Source of the DNA: the human T2T-CHM13v2.0 reference genome, Homo sapiens
Direction: 5' to 3'
DNA: 64,000 nt
Assembly: GCA_009914755.4 (NCBI GenBank)
Contig: CP068257.2
Location: 21,952,001-22,016,000 of the forward strand
The notes under the pieces are model-generated. The model had not been told where the DNA came from. It ran no database searches and was given only the letters and a program-made list of their open reading frames with translations. Position numbers and translations under genes: made by a program. Shown here piece after piece: positions 40,017 to 53,583 of the stretch (its first letter is position 1; every line of letters starts with the position of its first letter).

Positions 40017-40870
40017 CGCATCTTTAATTCTTACATCATAAACTACTTTAATTTTTTAGTGTTTTATTCTATAGACTCACTATAGAAAGTTGTTCAATTA
40101 GTTTGAATATATTTGGAATTATACTACGGGACAGGCATCATGCTAGAAGTTAGATATAACACCATTGAAGAAAAAGTATAAACCATCATGAAGTTTGCCT
40201 TCTTTTTGAAAGATAGAAAGCAAACTATAGTTTGCTAACTAGTGTCTTATGTTACAAGTTTGCTAATCATCTCTTTCAGTATTTTTCCATGAGTGCAAAT
40301 TGGCAGCTCTGATAGGCAGGTAGGCCTAAATTTAATGACCTTGGACTTCAGATGTATTACAAGCACAAATTCTATATTTATTGTTTTCTTATGAAAACAC
40401 TAAACAAATATGAAAGAGCAGAATAATTATTTGATAAAGTTTCTATATTTTTAAATGTCATTAATGTATGTAATTTTAGATTAAATTGACTCCTGTGAAT
40501 ATATTACAGAATGCAAATTTTGCTACATTTTTGCAATACATATTGATTAGATTCATTTCTCATATTCTTTTCAGGGATATCACTGATTTCCTTTTTCAGT
40601 TTTCAGTATATTTGAATGATTACTGATTTTGCGTTCTTCATTGATTTTTGTTACACTACTATTTTACTTTCAAATTCTTATTAAGACATTCCAGTTTTTA
40701 ATAATCTCATTGAATATTAGCATGGTTCATTTTAGTTATGTTTATTTTGGAACTTGGTGATATTATTATGGTTGGATTTTTCCTTATTCATCCTTAAATT
40801 ACCAATATAATTTTTATGAAGTTATTTTTTTTCAAACAAGTTAATGTCCATATTTCTGATTTTAGTATAT

Positions 40871-40935
40871 ACATTACATATATATGTATATATACAAATA
40901 TTGTGTGTGTGTGTGTCTGTGTGTAAGTGCGTATA
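40871..40935. repeat. (TA)n / (GT)n compound microsatellite
   Basis: 'acatatatatgtatatatacaaatattgtgtgtgtgtgtgtctgtgtgtaagtgcgt'. Confidence 0.85.
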
Positions 40936-41339
40936 GTTGCTTTAATTCCGTTTATATTGAGGGACAGCATGGCCTGCTAAGAACACAGATTCTGATGCCA
41001 GATTGCTTGGGTGAAGATCCTGGTTTTGCTACTTAATAGATGTGTGATCTTGGATAAATTCACTAACTTCACTGTCCCTCATTTTCTGTACAGTAATGCT
41101 AGCCCATTGGGTTGTAACAAAAATTGAAATATTTACTGCATGTAAAGCAGTGAAACATGATGAGGGTAGAAGGTTTAATTCATCACATAATAGAGCAGTG
41201 AAATTTGCCTCCTTGTGAAATATTAACCCCTCCGATCATGAAAATATCCTTCCTAAAATGATTTCATAATCATCTAAAAGAGACATTGTTAAGAAGCCCC
41301 AGAAACCGGATGGGAAGTTGAGTCTGCTTTTCTGTAAAA

Positions 41340-42450
<1,111 letters not shown>

Positions 42451-43190
42451 AACAACTATGGAAAACAGTATGAAGTGTTCTCAAACACTAAAAGTAGAAC
42501 TAACATATGATCCAGCAATCCTACTGCTGGGATATATCCAAAAGAAATGAGATTAGTATGTCTATTGAAGCACTATTAATAATGGGCGAGATGCAGAATA
42601 AACCTGTGAGATAGATATATATTATATATATATAAAATATATATTATATATAATATGTATAATATATATAATATATTATATATAATATATTATATGTATA
42701 ATATATATAATATATTATATATAATATACTACATAATAATATATATTATATATAATATATACTATATATAATTATTCATCCGTGTATATTATTCATTCAT
42801 ATAAAAATAACGAAATATTTTCATTTACAACAACCTGGAGAATGGTGGTTACCACAGGTTGGGAAGGGTAGTAGAGATGGGGGAATGAAGAAGATGGTTA
42901 TTGGGTAGAAAAATACCATTAGATAGAAGGAATAACTTATAGTATTCAGTAGCAGCACAGTAGGACAATTACAATTACTAAGAATTTGTAGTATATTTCA
43001 AAATATCTAGAAGAGAAGATTTGGAATGTCCCCAACACAAATAGTGCTAAGTGTATGAGGTTGACAGATATCCCAATTACCTTTATTTGCTCATTAATCA
43101 TTGTATGCATGTATCAAATATCACATATATCCCACAAATATGTATTAATGCAACTGTTATGTATTCATAATTTTTAAAAGCTACAAATCA
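42451..43190 (+). mobile_element. LINE-1 segment, sense (ORF2 C-terminus plus 3' UTR), the direct arm
   Basis: 'aacaactatggaaaacagtatgaagtgttctcaaacactaaaagtagaactaacatatgatccagcaatcctactgctgggatatatccaaaagaaatgagattagtatgtctattgaagcactattaataatgg' is the sense ORF2 C-terminus. The 3' UTR contains 'ggttaccacaggttgggaagggtagtagagatgggggaatgaagaagatggttattgggtagaaaaataccattagatagaaggaataa...tttcaaaatatctagaagagaagatttggaatgtccccaacacaaa...catgtatcaaatatcacatatatcccacaaatatgtat'. Confidence 0.85.
42612..42780. repeat. AT-only simple repeat (unit about TATATAATATAT) expanded inside the L1 3' UTR
   Basis: 'atatatattatatatatataaaatatatattatatataatatgtataatatatataatatattatatataatatattatatgtataatatatataatat...'. 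Confidence 0.9.
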
Positions 43191-46100
43191 AAATTTGAGA
43201 AACCTCAAAGCACTGAATAAAATATTTTTAAAATCACTTTCTCTTAAATTTTCAAGAATTTATTAGCTTGGTTTTGCTACTTTACCTTGAAAAACTCATC
43301 TTTCTAATATTTGGAAGTAAATATTAAACCAAGAGAGAAGGTCAGAGAGATCTATGATCTGAAAGTCTAAGAACAATGCAGGAAGAAGCAGCTCATAAAA
43401 ATTAATCTGCAAGTTTGGCTGGTCAGGGGCAGTTTTGAACACAGGCATCTTTGTCTCAAAAGAAAAAGAAAAATCTCTTTTGTAGGAGACTTTATTTTTC
43501 TAGTGCTTTTGAATGTACTAAATCATCTTTAGTTATTTATATTGAGTTTATAATCTTACTGACTCAGTGAAAGAGTTCAAAAAATGAAATAGACTTAGCA
43601 CAACAATGCAACTAGAATCAGCAAAGAAATGAATGTTTTGTTCTGTCAAATCCCATTGCCACAATAGCTCTGCCAATTTGTTTGAAAAATGTACAACCCT
43701 GGGGTTTCGGCACCACTTAACAGCTGAGGGGAACAAAGTGTGTGTAGTGAGATACAAATCTTCTATACCATTAGTTCAATATATTTCTGCATAGCAGCTT
43801 TTCAAAAATTGGAAGCATATTTTGGCACCATGCTGTTTCAAAACAACAACAATAAAATCTGGGAAATATATGCAGAAAGCTGTCAGCCCTTAAAAGTACT
43901 GTTTTTAGTTTCTTTTCCATAGAACTACTGCTTGATTGTCTTAGTTCTTCTTTATCTATTATTCATCCAGATTATATTAACATGGGAACACCAGGTAGAC
44001 TTAAAGTTTATTAAGTGTGTGTGACTCAAAGAATTTTGAACAGGGTGAATAATTCAGTGCTTAATTAAAAATCTATTGACTAATTAGGGTAGGATATATA
44101 GCTTACACAATTTTTGGAAACAAATAAACAACCCCCTCAAAAAAGAACTAGAAAACAGCAATATCACTTCCAGATTACAAAATAAATATCATTGATATTT
44201 TGCTCATTTGAACCAAGGAGTTTTCACATAAGCAGATAGGGTGTTAATTAAGAGTTTTATAAAATAAGCATTTAAGATAAAAGTATTACATGGCTCTACT
44301 GAATGACACTGTTAGAAAACAATGCTATGATAATATCTTAATAAAATATATCTTTATAATAAGAATGTGTCAATAGGATACTATTGAGTTCAAGAAATTG
44401 TGCTAGTTATTTACATACATTCTTATAATCCTCACACTAATCCCACCTGATTTTTTTTGCCTTTGTTCTTCTGACAAAGAAACTGTGACTGAAAGAGAAT
44501 CGAAAGTCACATCACTTTAAATTTGTTGGACGCAACATAACAAAAAACAAACAAACAAACAAAACTCCCTAAACCTGTTTGATTTCAATAAATTTTTAAC
44601 ATGGGTAGGAATAGTTACTGCTGGTACTTCTGAGTTATATGGAAATATATATATGAGAAACTAAAGAAAAATAAAACACTGAAGAGATAAAGAAGCAAAC
44701 ACACATTCATATACATTCAATTAATAGTTATAAATTGAGAATAAAACAAATATTTGCTTAGTATCATGAGAGAGGAAAAACTACTCTTTTAAAGAGGATC
44801 CAGTATAAAATGCTTAATAGTTATATTTGAGATATTTGGTTGTAAAATACTGGATATTAAATATAAGATGAGGCTCCTCATTAAATTATTATAATTCATG
44901 TTTTTAAATGTCGAAGCTACAAACACCTAAGCATGTTTGTTGGTGATTATAATGAAATTGTCTACATTTCCAACCGTTTGATTTTGAGATACATCTATTT
45001 TCATGAAATGTAAAATACATTTTGGACCAACTTTATGAACATTAGTAAATCATTCATCTACTCATCTGATTTGCAAATGAAGAAAATGTAAGAGAATGAG
45101 GATTAATTTCTACTGACTCATATGAAAAGCATGGTGGAACCTCAGTTGTGTAACACTAAAGAGAAGTGATTCATCCAAGGATGAGTAGGACCAGAATTAA
45201 AGAGAAGATAATGCAAGTGTATCATTTTCCTCTACAGAGAGTGGGTTAAGGAGGGTATATGACAAATTTGTCCAATCCTATCTAGTTTGGAGGGATGGCA
45301 TCAGAACTCCCAAAAATAAAGGTGATCATATATGGCAGAGAGCGTATTGTCATGAGAAAGGAGAATATTGGTTCATTTAGAGTATGGCTACGAGAGAAAG
45401 AGACCCAGGATCCTCGTTTAAAACAATGGAGCTGACAAAGTCTAGCAAGGTATCATAGATCCCAGCAAGGGATCTTGGTCACAGAAAAGAAAAAAAAATC
45501 AAGTTGCAACAAGAAACTGAACTGCAAATCAGGAATCATGGTGATATTTCACTTAGAAGAAAAATGCATGAATTATCTCTTTCCAAAAGACAGTGAGTGA
45601 GCGTGCAGATTCCCATGGACACTCCTAGGTATTAAACACTGGACTTAGAATACTTTATCTGTCAGACACAGCAATGATCTGCTAAGGAAATAAATAGATC
45701 TGTTTAAAGTCCTTTTTTTCCATGTAGAGGAAAATCTGAAACATCACAAACCCACATAGGATTAAACGTTACCCCCAAAAAACTCAAGAAACTAGGATAT
45801 ATTCCTTCAAAAGGAGGGAAAGTACTTAATTAAGGGTGAGGCTGCCTTTGGAAGACAATGCTAGAGGTATATGACAAAAATGGTTCCCATAGTTGGACTC
45901 GAGTTCTTTTGATGTCATTTGTAATGCCTGACCAAAACTACCAGTCACTAAGAAAAGGATGACATTGAAACAAAAATTACTTATATCTGATGAGTATAGG
46001 ACACTGCTAATAAATGCATTTTTCTTATAATGGTGTATTTATTTAGCAAAGTTATATTGACCATCCAATAGCTGTTAAACCCTAGCTTTAGCCATAGATA

Positions 46101-48721
46101 CATAACCCTAGTACTAGTTTTTGGAGAAAAAAGATGACTATAACTCAATCAATATATCTGAACAATTAACACCATTAATCCATGAGATTAATATGTAAAA
46201 TTTATATTTTTAAAACTAGGAAGCTAAGAACAAAATTTTGGTGATTTGTGTAGATATTGTGGACTTATCCACAAGTTTGAACTGTATTTTTTTATTATAA
46301 CATCATTTGGCAACAGTAATTCCACTGTTAAATGGTGGTATCTATCTCCAGCAAGTGTTATGATATTAATATTCATAGCGTCATTATTTGTCAGAGTCAA
46401 AAATTAGAAATAATCTGAATGCTCATCTACCCATAAATGGATAAGTAAAATGTGGTTTGTTGATACAATGGACTATTTTTCACCAATAAAAGGGAATGCA
46501 GTACTGTACTAACACAGGTAAAATATGGATGAATGTTAATAACAGTAAGATGACTGAAAGAAAACATTTTAAAAAACTGTAAGTTATATGATATCATATA
46601 CACGAAATGTCCAGAACAGACAAATGCATAGAGTAAATTCATTGTTGCCTAGGGCATGGGGGTTTGGTGGAGAATGAGAGGTGACTGCAAAAGAAAAAGG
46701 GATTTCTTTTTGGGATGATGAAAATATCCTAAAATTTATTGTGGTAATATTTGCACAACTTGTGAATCTACTAAAAACATTGAATTCTACAATTTAATTG
46801 CGCAAATTCTTTAGCCTGTGGATTACTTCTCCATACAGTTACTGTATATGCACAGCCACGCACATACGCACACACAAATTTACAGGCACCATAGCCACAC
46901 TGTTTTTCTTTTTTGTCTCAAATATTCAACTTACTGATAGTATGATCTTGATTAAGTTACTTAACCTCCCTCTGCCTCATGCCTATCATCTGAACAATGG
47001 GTATACAATTAGTACCTGTTTTGTGGGATTACTGTGAACATTTAAATAAAGTGATACATATATAGACTTTACAGGGATGCCTGGAACAACACCAGAGCTA
47101 AATATATGCATTGTCTTGCTGCTGCTGCTACTTCTACTACTACTATCAGTAGCACAATAAGAATATTATTCTCATCATCATTGTAATTATTATTACAAGT
47201 CCAACCCTGCTCATTTAATCCATGGAAAAGGTATCTCACCTCCTGTTACTGTAACTACTACATATGTTGATTAAGTTGTAGCTACATTTCTACCTATAAC
47301 CAGTCAATACTTTTTAAAATCAGTTACAAAAGAAATCCTTGTCCCAGGACTTCGACCCATACTTTTTTGTGAAAAGACTAACATCTTATTCCATATAAAA
47401 TGGGAAGTTGTATTTTCTCCAACTAATGCAATGTGAATATTATGTGCACACTCTGCTCAATTAAAGCCAACAGTATTGGGCTAGATAATAGCTCTCGTTG
47501 CACACCAGCTCACTGTATATTTCCAAGTCGGATGGCAGACTTAGAATATCAGCTTTATGGCAAGAATATGGGATAGTAACACAGCCACCAGGAGACTGAC
47601 TATAACTACTTAAATTTTTTCACATAAAATCCTCAGGATATAGTATCTCCAAAGAGAAAAAGCAAAATCTTTAACTATTATAGTCTCTACTCTTTTATCT
47701 TCACATCTCTGTAAGTCTTGGTTTAGGCTAAATGCATCATTAATCTTTAACATATCCACCTAAGAACACAATTAAAGTCAAATAGAATAATGAGTGGCAT
47801 TACAAGGAATACAAAGTAGCACACCCAAGAATGCTTTCAACTATTCCATATGCTGCCTAATCACGCACACCCGCTAACTTGCACAGTGCCAGACCTAGAA
47901 AAAAAATTAACTCTTTGGTGAATAAGAATCAGAATCTTTGAATTAGCCAATTAATTTTGAAAATAAAGGCAATGACCGGAAATATTAAATATTAAGTATT
48001 TTGAGGCACTAATTATTCCATAAGGCTTTATATTCATAACATATTTTTAAATCTCTTATTTTGATTTCAAAAAACATGACTTTAGTCACAAATATACTAT
48101 TTACTAATTGAGTAACATTGACTGAAATCTTTATCTCTAGGAATCTCAATTTCCCAAACTGTTATATGCAGGAAATGAATTATATCAATGGCTCTCAATC
48201 TTTAGTCTGTATCAGAACCACGTGGAACAGAGCCTGAGATCTACACATACAGATGTGTTTTAAAGTCATTGTTCCAATGTACAACCAGAATTGGGAACTA
48301 CTACTGAGGTAAATAATATTCGATATCTATCCCAGTTCTGTAAGTCTAAGGGTTTTTATCTGTGTAGACAACCTGACTCAGTTCTCAATAATAATACTCT
48401 TCAGAGAAGACTAAGTTTAAGTGATTACTAGAACTACCTTGGCAAAGCATTTAAAGAATTGCACTGCTTTTATTTTACTTCCAAAATGAAGGCAAATAAA
48501 TAAAGGAAAATAGTATTTGGCTTATGTTACCTTAACAAAAACAAAAGGCTGCAATGGAGACAATAAAATAAATAAATAAAAACCTCTAAAATCTACCATT
48601 ATATGATATCCTTCCCAATACATAAATTAAAAAAAAAAACACTGTAGAGGAAAAAGCAATATTTTGAAATGATATGCTTTTCTTTGTTTGTCTTCAAACA
48701 ATTACATCTTCATCATAATGG

Positions 48722-49092
48722 TTGTATTAGTCTGTTTTTACACTGCTATAAAGAATTGCCTGAGACTGAGTAACATATAAAGAAAAAAGTTTTAATTGAC
48801 CACAGTTTCACAGGCTTAATAGGAAGCATGACTGGGAAACTTAGAATCATGGCAGAAGAGGAAGGGGAAGCAAGGATCTTCTTCACATGGTAGCAGGAGA
48901 GAGAGCACAAAGGGGGACACGCTACACACTTTCAAACAACGAGATCTCCTGAGAACTCTATCGGGAGAACAGCAAGAGGGAAGTTCACCCCTATGATTCA
49001 ATCAGCTCCCACCGGGCTTCTCCCCTGACACATGAGGAATTACAATTGGATGAGAGATTTGGGTGGGGACACACAGACAAACCATATCAACT
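48722..49092 (-). mobile_element. ERVL-MaLR solo LTR (THE1/MST-type), antisense
   Basis: 'tgtattagtctgtttttacactgctataaagaattgcctgagactgagtaacatataaagaaaaaagttttaattgaccacagtttcacaggc...atcatggcagaagaggaagg...ctatgattcaatcagctcccaccgggc...ggaattacaattggatgagagatttgggtggggacacacagacaaaccatatca'. This is the reverse complement of the THE1-type LTR TGATATGGTTTGG...CCCATGATTCAAT...GTCTTTATTAGCAG...GGACTAATACA. Confidence 0.7.
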
Positions 49093-50599
49093 GTCATGGA
49101 CTTAAACAATTGTCTTTGAATTGTCTTTTTTCATACTTTTATTTGCATCTTTTCACTAAAAAGATGACACAAAGTAATCCTAGTTTACATTTTTTACCAT
49201 GTAATTCCATATTACTTTTTCCTGAAAGTTACTTATTTTTAAATCTCAAAGCTCTTCATACTTATGGTTTGATCTGCACTTACAACTGGATCTCAGAAAG
49301 ATTGAATTCTCCCATCATACCAAGTTCATGTCTCTCACTCTTAATATTTGTTCCCAAGACAACAATTTAACTTCTTTCTCTATTATTATTTCTTCCCTTT
49401 ATTTTAATGCAAACCAAATGTTAATATTTCCTTCTTTAGATCAATTGAAATCACCTCAAACCTCTGTTTTTCTCTAAAATGTCTCAGGCCTAACAACTAC
49501 ATATGAAGATATGTTTAAAATACAATATAGGGCTTGGGATATCATTTTATATGTTACTCTTGATTGCACTAAGCCAAACAAGTTACAGGAAAAATCAAGG
49601 GCCGAATTTTTAATGAAGAGGGATTTGGCTCAGATTCGACTGAGTTTTCCCACATTCCTCCCAACCACATGATTGCAAATAAATGGTATACGAGTTCCCT
49701 GACAGTGTCTGCTTAAGACACTACCTTCCTTTCTCTATTTTCTGCCCTCACTCACTTACTACCACACCCTACCCAGCTCAGGAGATGACACCTTATTTTT
49801 AATTTGACTTTCCCTAAATATCAGCACGTTGGGTGCAAAGATAAGCTAGTCAGTTCCTTCAGCTAGTCCCTGACAACGCAGCAACTGACCCTTGGCTCTC
49901 TCATCCCTTCCTCTGCTTCTGAAAAGATTCAGTACATTTTCTCCAGCTCTGGAAATATCCAGAGGCTTCAAACACCTTTATCTTTAGAAAGCATAGGCTA
50001 CTGAATAGTATTAACTCATTCTTCCCCAAGCAGATAAAGGCTGTCTTCCAAACTGAGACCTGGCAGTTGACCATGGATGACTTATCCTCAGCAGAACACA
50101 AAACTTAGGTTTGAGAGGGAGGACTTTTGCTTTAACTTGAATAGCTCCTTTTACCGGAAACATTTTTCAGTTTCTGTTTTGGCAAAGATCTTTTCTGTCC
50201 ATGAGACATGCAGAGAAATAGCACACCTGCCTAGGCATAGTAAGTAGCACTTTGCCCACACTGATTGAACATCCTTTGACTTTGTAAGTGTACAGTTGCC
50301 TATTAGATAGTGGCAGAAATTGCATCTTGAAAAGCTTAAATAACCTGCCCTCTATCACAGCTAGAAGGCTATGTGGCCAATTATATAGCCTTATTTCACC
50401 CCGGTTGTGTACCTGCACCAAATCCTATGGCTTGAAGCAATCTGAATGATTTTGTTTTAATTTGGCTTGTGCTGTTTCTCCTTTCTCCTCAAACAATCAT
50501 TTGAGATACTCTTTTGTATCAAGTCTGGGAAGTCTTTGTGTCCACTGATTCACTTATGGATAAGAATCTTATGAGGCTCAGGATGACTTGTAGTCCTTT

Positions 50600-50908
50600 T
50601 TATTTATTTCTTTTTTCTATGTTTCTTTTTTCTTTTCCTTTTTTTTTGAGACAGAGTCTCATTCTGTTGCCCAGGCTGGAGTACAATGGCAAGATCATAG
50701 CTCACTCTATCCTTGACATCCTGGGTACAAGCAATCCTCACATTTCAGCCTCCTAAGTAGCTGGGACTACAGGCATGTGCCACCATGCCTGGCTACCTTT
50801 TGTATTTTTTGTAGAGATGGGTTTTCACCATGTTGCCCATGCTGAGCTCAAACTCCTGAGCTCAAGCAATCCACTTGCCACAGCCTCCCAAAGTGCTGGT
50901 GCCACAGG
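50600..50908 (-). mobile_element. Alu SINE (older, AluJ-like, diverged), antisense
   Basis: A T-rich tract is followed by 'gagacagagtctcattctgttgcccaggctggagtacaatggcaagatcatagctcactctatccttgacatcctgggtacaagcaatcctcacatttcagcctcctaagtagctgggactacaggcatgtgccaccatgcctggctacc...ttgtagagatgggttttcaccatgttgcccatgctgagctcaaactcctgagctcaagcaatccacttgccacagcctcccaaagtgctggtgccacagg'. It is heavily CpG-decayed. Confidence 0.85.
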
Positions 50909-52450
50909 ATCCCTGGGGTGTTGCTTTGCCAGTTGGAAACCTTTGTGGTCTCTGACATCTTTGCCCAAGTTTTGCTCAGCCCACTGGGCTCATTCTGCCC
51001 ACTCAGCCTGGCAGGCTGCACTTGGTTTGCACTACTAGCCTGGATCTTTGCTTGCCAAGGACAAGCCAGATGCAGAGTGGTGAGGGGTGCATCAGTGAGC
51101 GACTGTGGGGTTCAGCTGCTGCGCACAGCCAGGCACACCAGCTGCAGCAGGGTGGGCAGCTCCAGACACTGACATGGGTGCCAGCTCCCTGCAACGCTAT
51201 GGCTGGACCAGGCATACGGCAAGTACCTTCCACTGCTGGCACCAGGGAATGCAATGGTGCCCAGAAGCTTGGAGATCAAGGAACCACAGAGCCCCAAGGA
51301 AGGTGTCACAGCCCTGATTCAGGGAGTTTCTAGATCTGGGCTCCCTGAAGGACCACAGCTCTTCTCTTCTTCTCTCTTCTCTCCTTCTTGTCACCTGCAA
51401 TGTGGTAAGTGAGGGGTGTTTCAGCCCTGTTTATGTTATAGCTCTTTCAGTCCTGCCATTCGGTGTGTCCCAAGTTTTTGTACCACATCCAGGAAGAATG
51501 AGGCACATGAACACCTGGAGGGTGAGCAAGGTAAAGAGGTGCTTTACTGAGCCAAGTACATCTCTCAGGAGACCTGAAGTGGGTAGTTCCTTTCCACAGG
51601 CAGGTCTTCCAAGGAATGTAGCTCTCAGCTGAGAGGAGACCCACAGTGGGTAACTCCTCTCTGCAAGCAGGTTGTCCCAATGTCTGTCTGAGTCTTGCTG
51701 AGTCCAAGGTTTTTATGTGTTTCAGAGGGGAGGAAGTGCATGCTGATTGGTCCATGAGTTGTCATGGGCAGGCCCAGAAAAAGCACCATAAGTTCTCACT
51801 CTGGTCCATGGAGCTGGCAGCCCAGCCCCCAGGCTTCAGGCCATCCCTGGCTTGAAAGTGAGGCTTCACAAGGACCTCCCCTTTCCACCCAGGAGCCTGT
51901 CTGTCTCCGGCTGCCATCCCTGGTGCCTATGCTGTTCCTGCTGAGGGGCACCTGCAGGCCCGTGCCAAGCTCTCCTCAGATACCCCTCTGGCTCCCTCCT
52001 GTGCTCCTCCACACCCAAAGACTGGAGGAAGCCTAGGTGACAGGGGACGGTTGTGTCAGTGGGGCCCCAAGGGCATGCACACTGAGCCGGGTTGTGATAG
52101 TGCCCAGGCTTGGCCTCAACTTTGCTCCCAAATAAGAGCAGGTGCTGGGAGTGGGGAGAGGTGCAGAGTGGGGAGAGGCTGGGAAGTGGGAGCAGACATT
52201 TCCAAGCCTGCTGGGGCAGATGGAAATTCCTGGGCATGAATGCCCAGGTTCACAGCCAATGCTGGGTCCTGAAGCTGTGCCTTGGAGAATGGAGGTTCTG
52301 CAGCCTCTAACTTGGAAGGGGACAGGGCATCTGCCTGTTCCTAGCCCCACTGGCTCTGTGGAGTGCTCAGCCTCAGCTTCGCCATCCCCTCTGCAACCAT
52401 CATCTTCACAGCAGCCACTCCAGACAGGCCACTGCTGCCAACACTAGGAT
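50909..52450. other. Sharply bounded GC-rich, CpG-poor block of about 1.5 kb of unknown identity (candidate ERV LTR or other old GC-rich repeat; no coding ORF)
   Basis: Composition switches abruptly at both edges, immediately right of the AluJ-like element and back to AT-rich at about 52450. CpG dinucleotides are scarce, so it is not a CpG island. Only short overlapping ORFs appear, on both strands (51022-51333, 51866-52237, 52033-52350, 52142-52447). It contains the polypyrimidine run 'ctcttctcttcttctctcttctctccttcttgtcacctgcaatgtg' followed by 'gtaagtgagg'. Confidence 0.5.
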
Positions 52451-53211
52451 TATAGGCATCACACTCAGCACTTTTTATTTCTTTTAAGGGGCATTCAAGG
52501 CTCCAAAATAAAATAGGATCTATGATTACTTTAATATTGAGTATCTTCAAAGAAGATATGAACATTAAGTTCCAGTATGACACTTGTTGTCTGTGACACA
52601 GGCAAGGATGGCCCCATTTTATTTTATCACGAAAGTCATATTTATTTTTAAATTTCTCCATTGATTTCATAATTGTTAAGAATTGTTTTTAAAACAGATT
52701 TTATTGAATAAATACTTTCACCTCAATTTTAAAATTAACCAGATTTAAGTAAATAAGAATGATAGCTTGTTTAAATAAAAATCAGATTTCTAGTTGATAA
52801 AACGCTTTAATTCCAACCAAAACAAAGGGATACTTATTTTCCATAATCCTTGCATGCTTTGTTTTTGAAACAAATTTAAAAATATATATTTAATTAATTT
52901 TTTTTGGAAAATTGAGTCAGACCCTTATCATTGACTGAAGGTGCAAACAATCTGGAATGAACCTGTGGTTGTAATGTTTCCTTACCTAGAGGTTCCTATG
53001 GAATGTCTTGTTACTATAAAAATAATTCCTTTTGTTTGACATGATAGGGCCTTTCATTTCCTAAACATAATTTCTCATTAAAAAATTACCCTCTCCATCA
53101 ATAACAGTGTTTCTCTAGTAATAGGTTTCATGTGTGGTATTTTAAAAAACAATGTCAGAGACTGATTCTGGTTAAACAACTGCTGCTTTGGAAATATCGT
53201 ACTAAGGAATA

Positions 53212-53583
53212 TATAGAGATGCTCCTCTACTTACCATGGAGTTACATCTGGCAAAATCCATCATAAATTGAAAATGTTCTAAGTCAAAAATGCATTTCAT
53301 CCACCTAACTTCTTAAACATCATAGCTTAGCCTAGACTACCTTAAATGTACTCAGAACACTTACATTAGCCTACAGTTGGACAACATCATCTAACGCAAA
53401 AACCATTTTATAATAAAATATTGAATATCTCATGTTACTTACTGAAGACTATACTGAGCATGAAAAACAGAATGGGTAAATGGGTACTTAAAGTACAATT
53501 TTTTATTCAATGTATTATTTTCAGATCATCATAAATTTGAAAAACTGTAAGTGGAAAAATTGTAAGTCAGGGACTATCTGTAT
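53212..53583. mobile_element. Non-autonomous TcMar-Tigger-type DNA transposon (MITE), full length with both TIRs and TA duplication
   Basis: The left end 'TA|tagagatgctcctctacttaccatggagttacatc' and right end 'aaaattgtaagtcagggactatctgta|TA' are inverted copies of each other (TACAGATGCTCCTCGACTTACGATGG... / ...CCATCGTAAGTCGGGGACCATCTGTA type). The internal 'acatcatagcttagcctagactaccttaaatgtactcagaacacttacattagcctacagttgg' matches the Tigger-family MITE core I recognise. CpG sites have decayed to TpG/CpA. Confidence 0.7.

Noticed and set aside
43191-43215. 'TTTGAGAAACCTC' shared between the left end of the inverted L1 arm (about 41378) and the sequence just right of the L1 3' end. Considered as a TSD for the whole twin-primed insertion
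   Set aside because: The left copy is itself part of the L1 match (the reverse complement of 'gaggttcctcaaaaa...'), so it cannot be flanking target DNA. It is probably coincidence and was left out of the feature call.
51022-52447. Cluster of 60-123-aa ORFs on both strands in the GC-rich block
   Set aside because: They overlap one another on both strands, are low-complexity (P/S/G/A/L-rich) and have no start-context or codon-periodicity signal. This is typical of random ORFs in GC-rich non-coding DNA.
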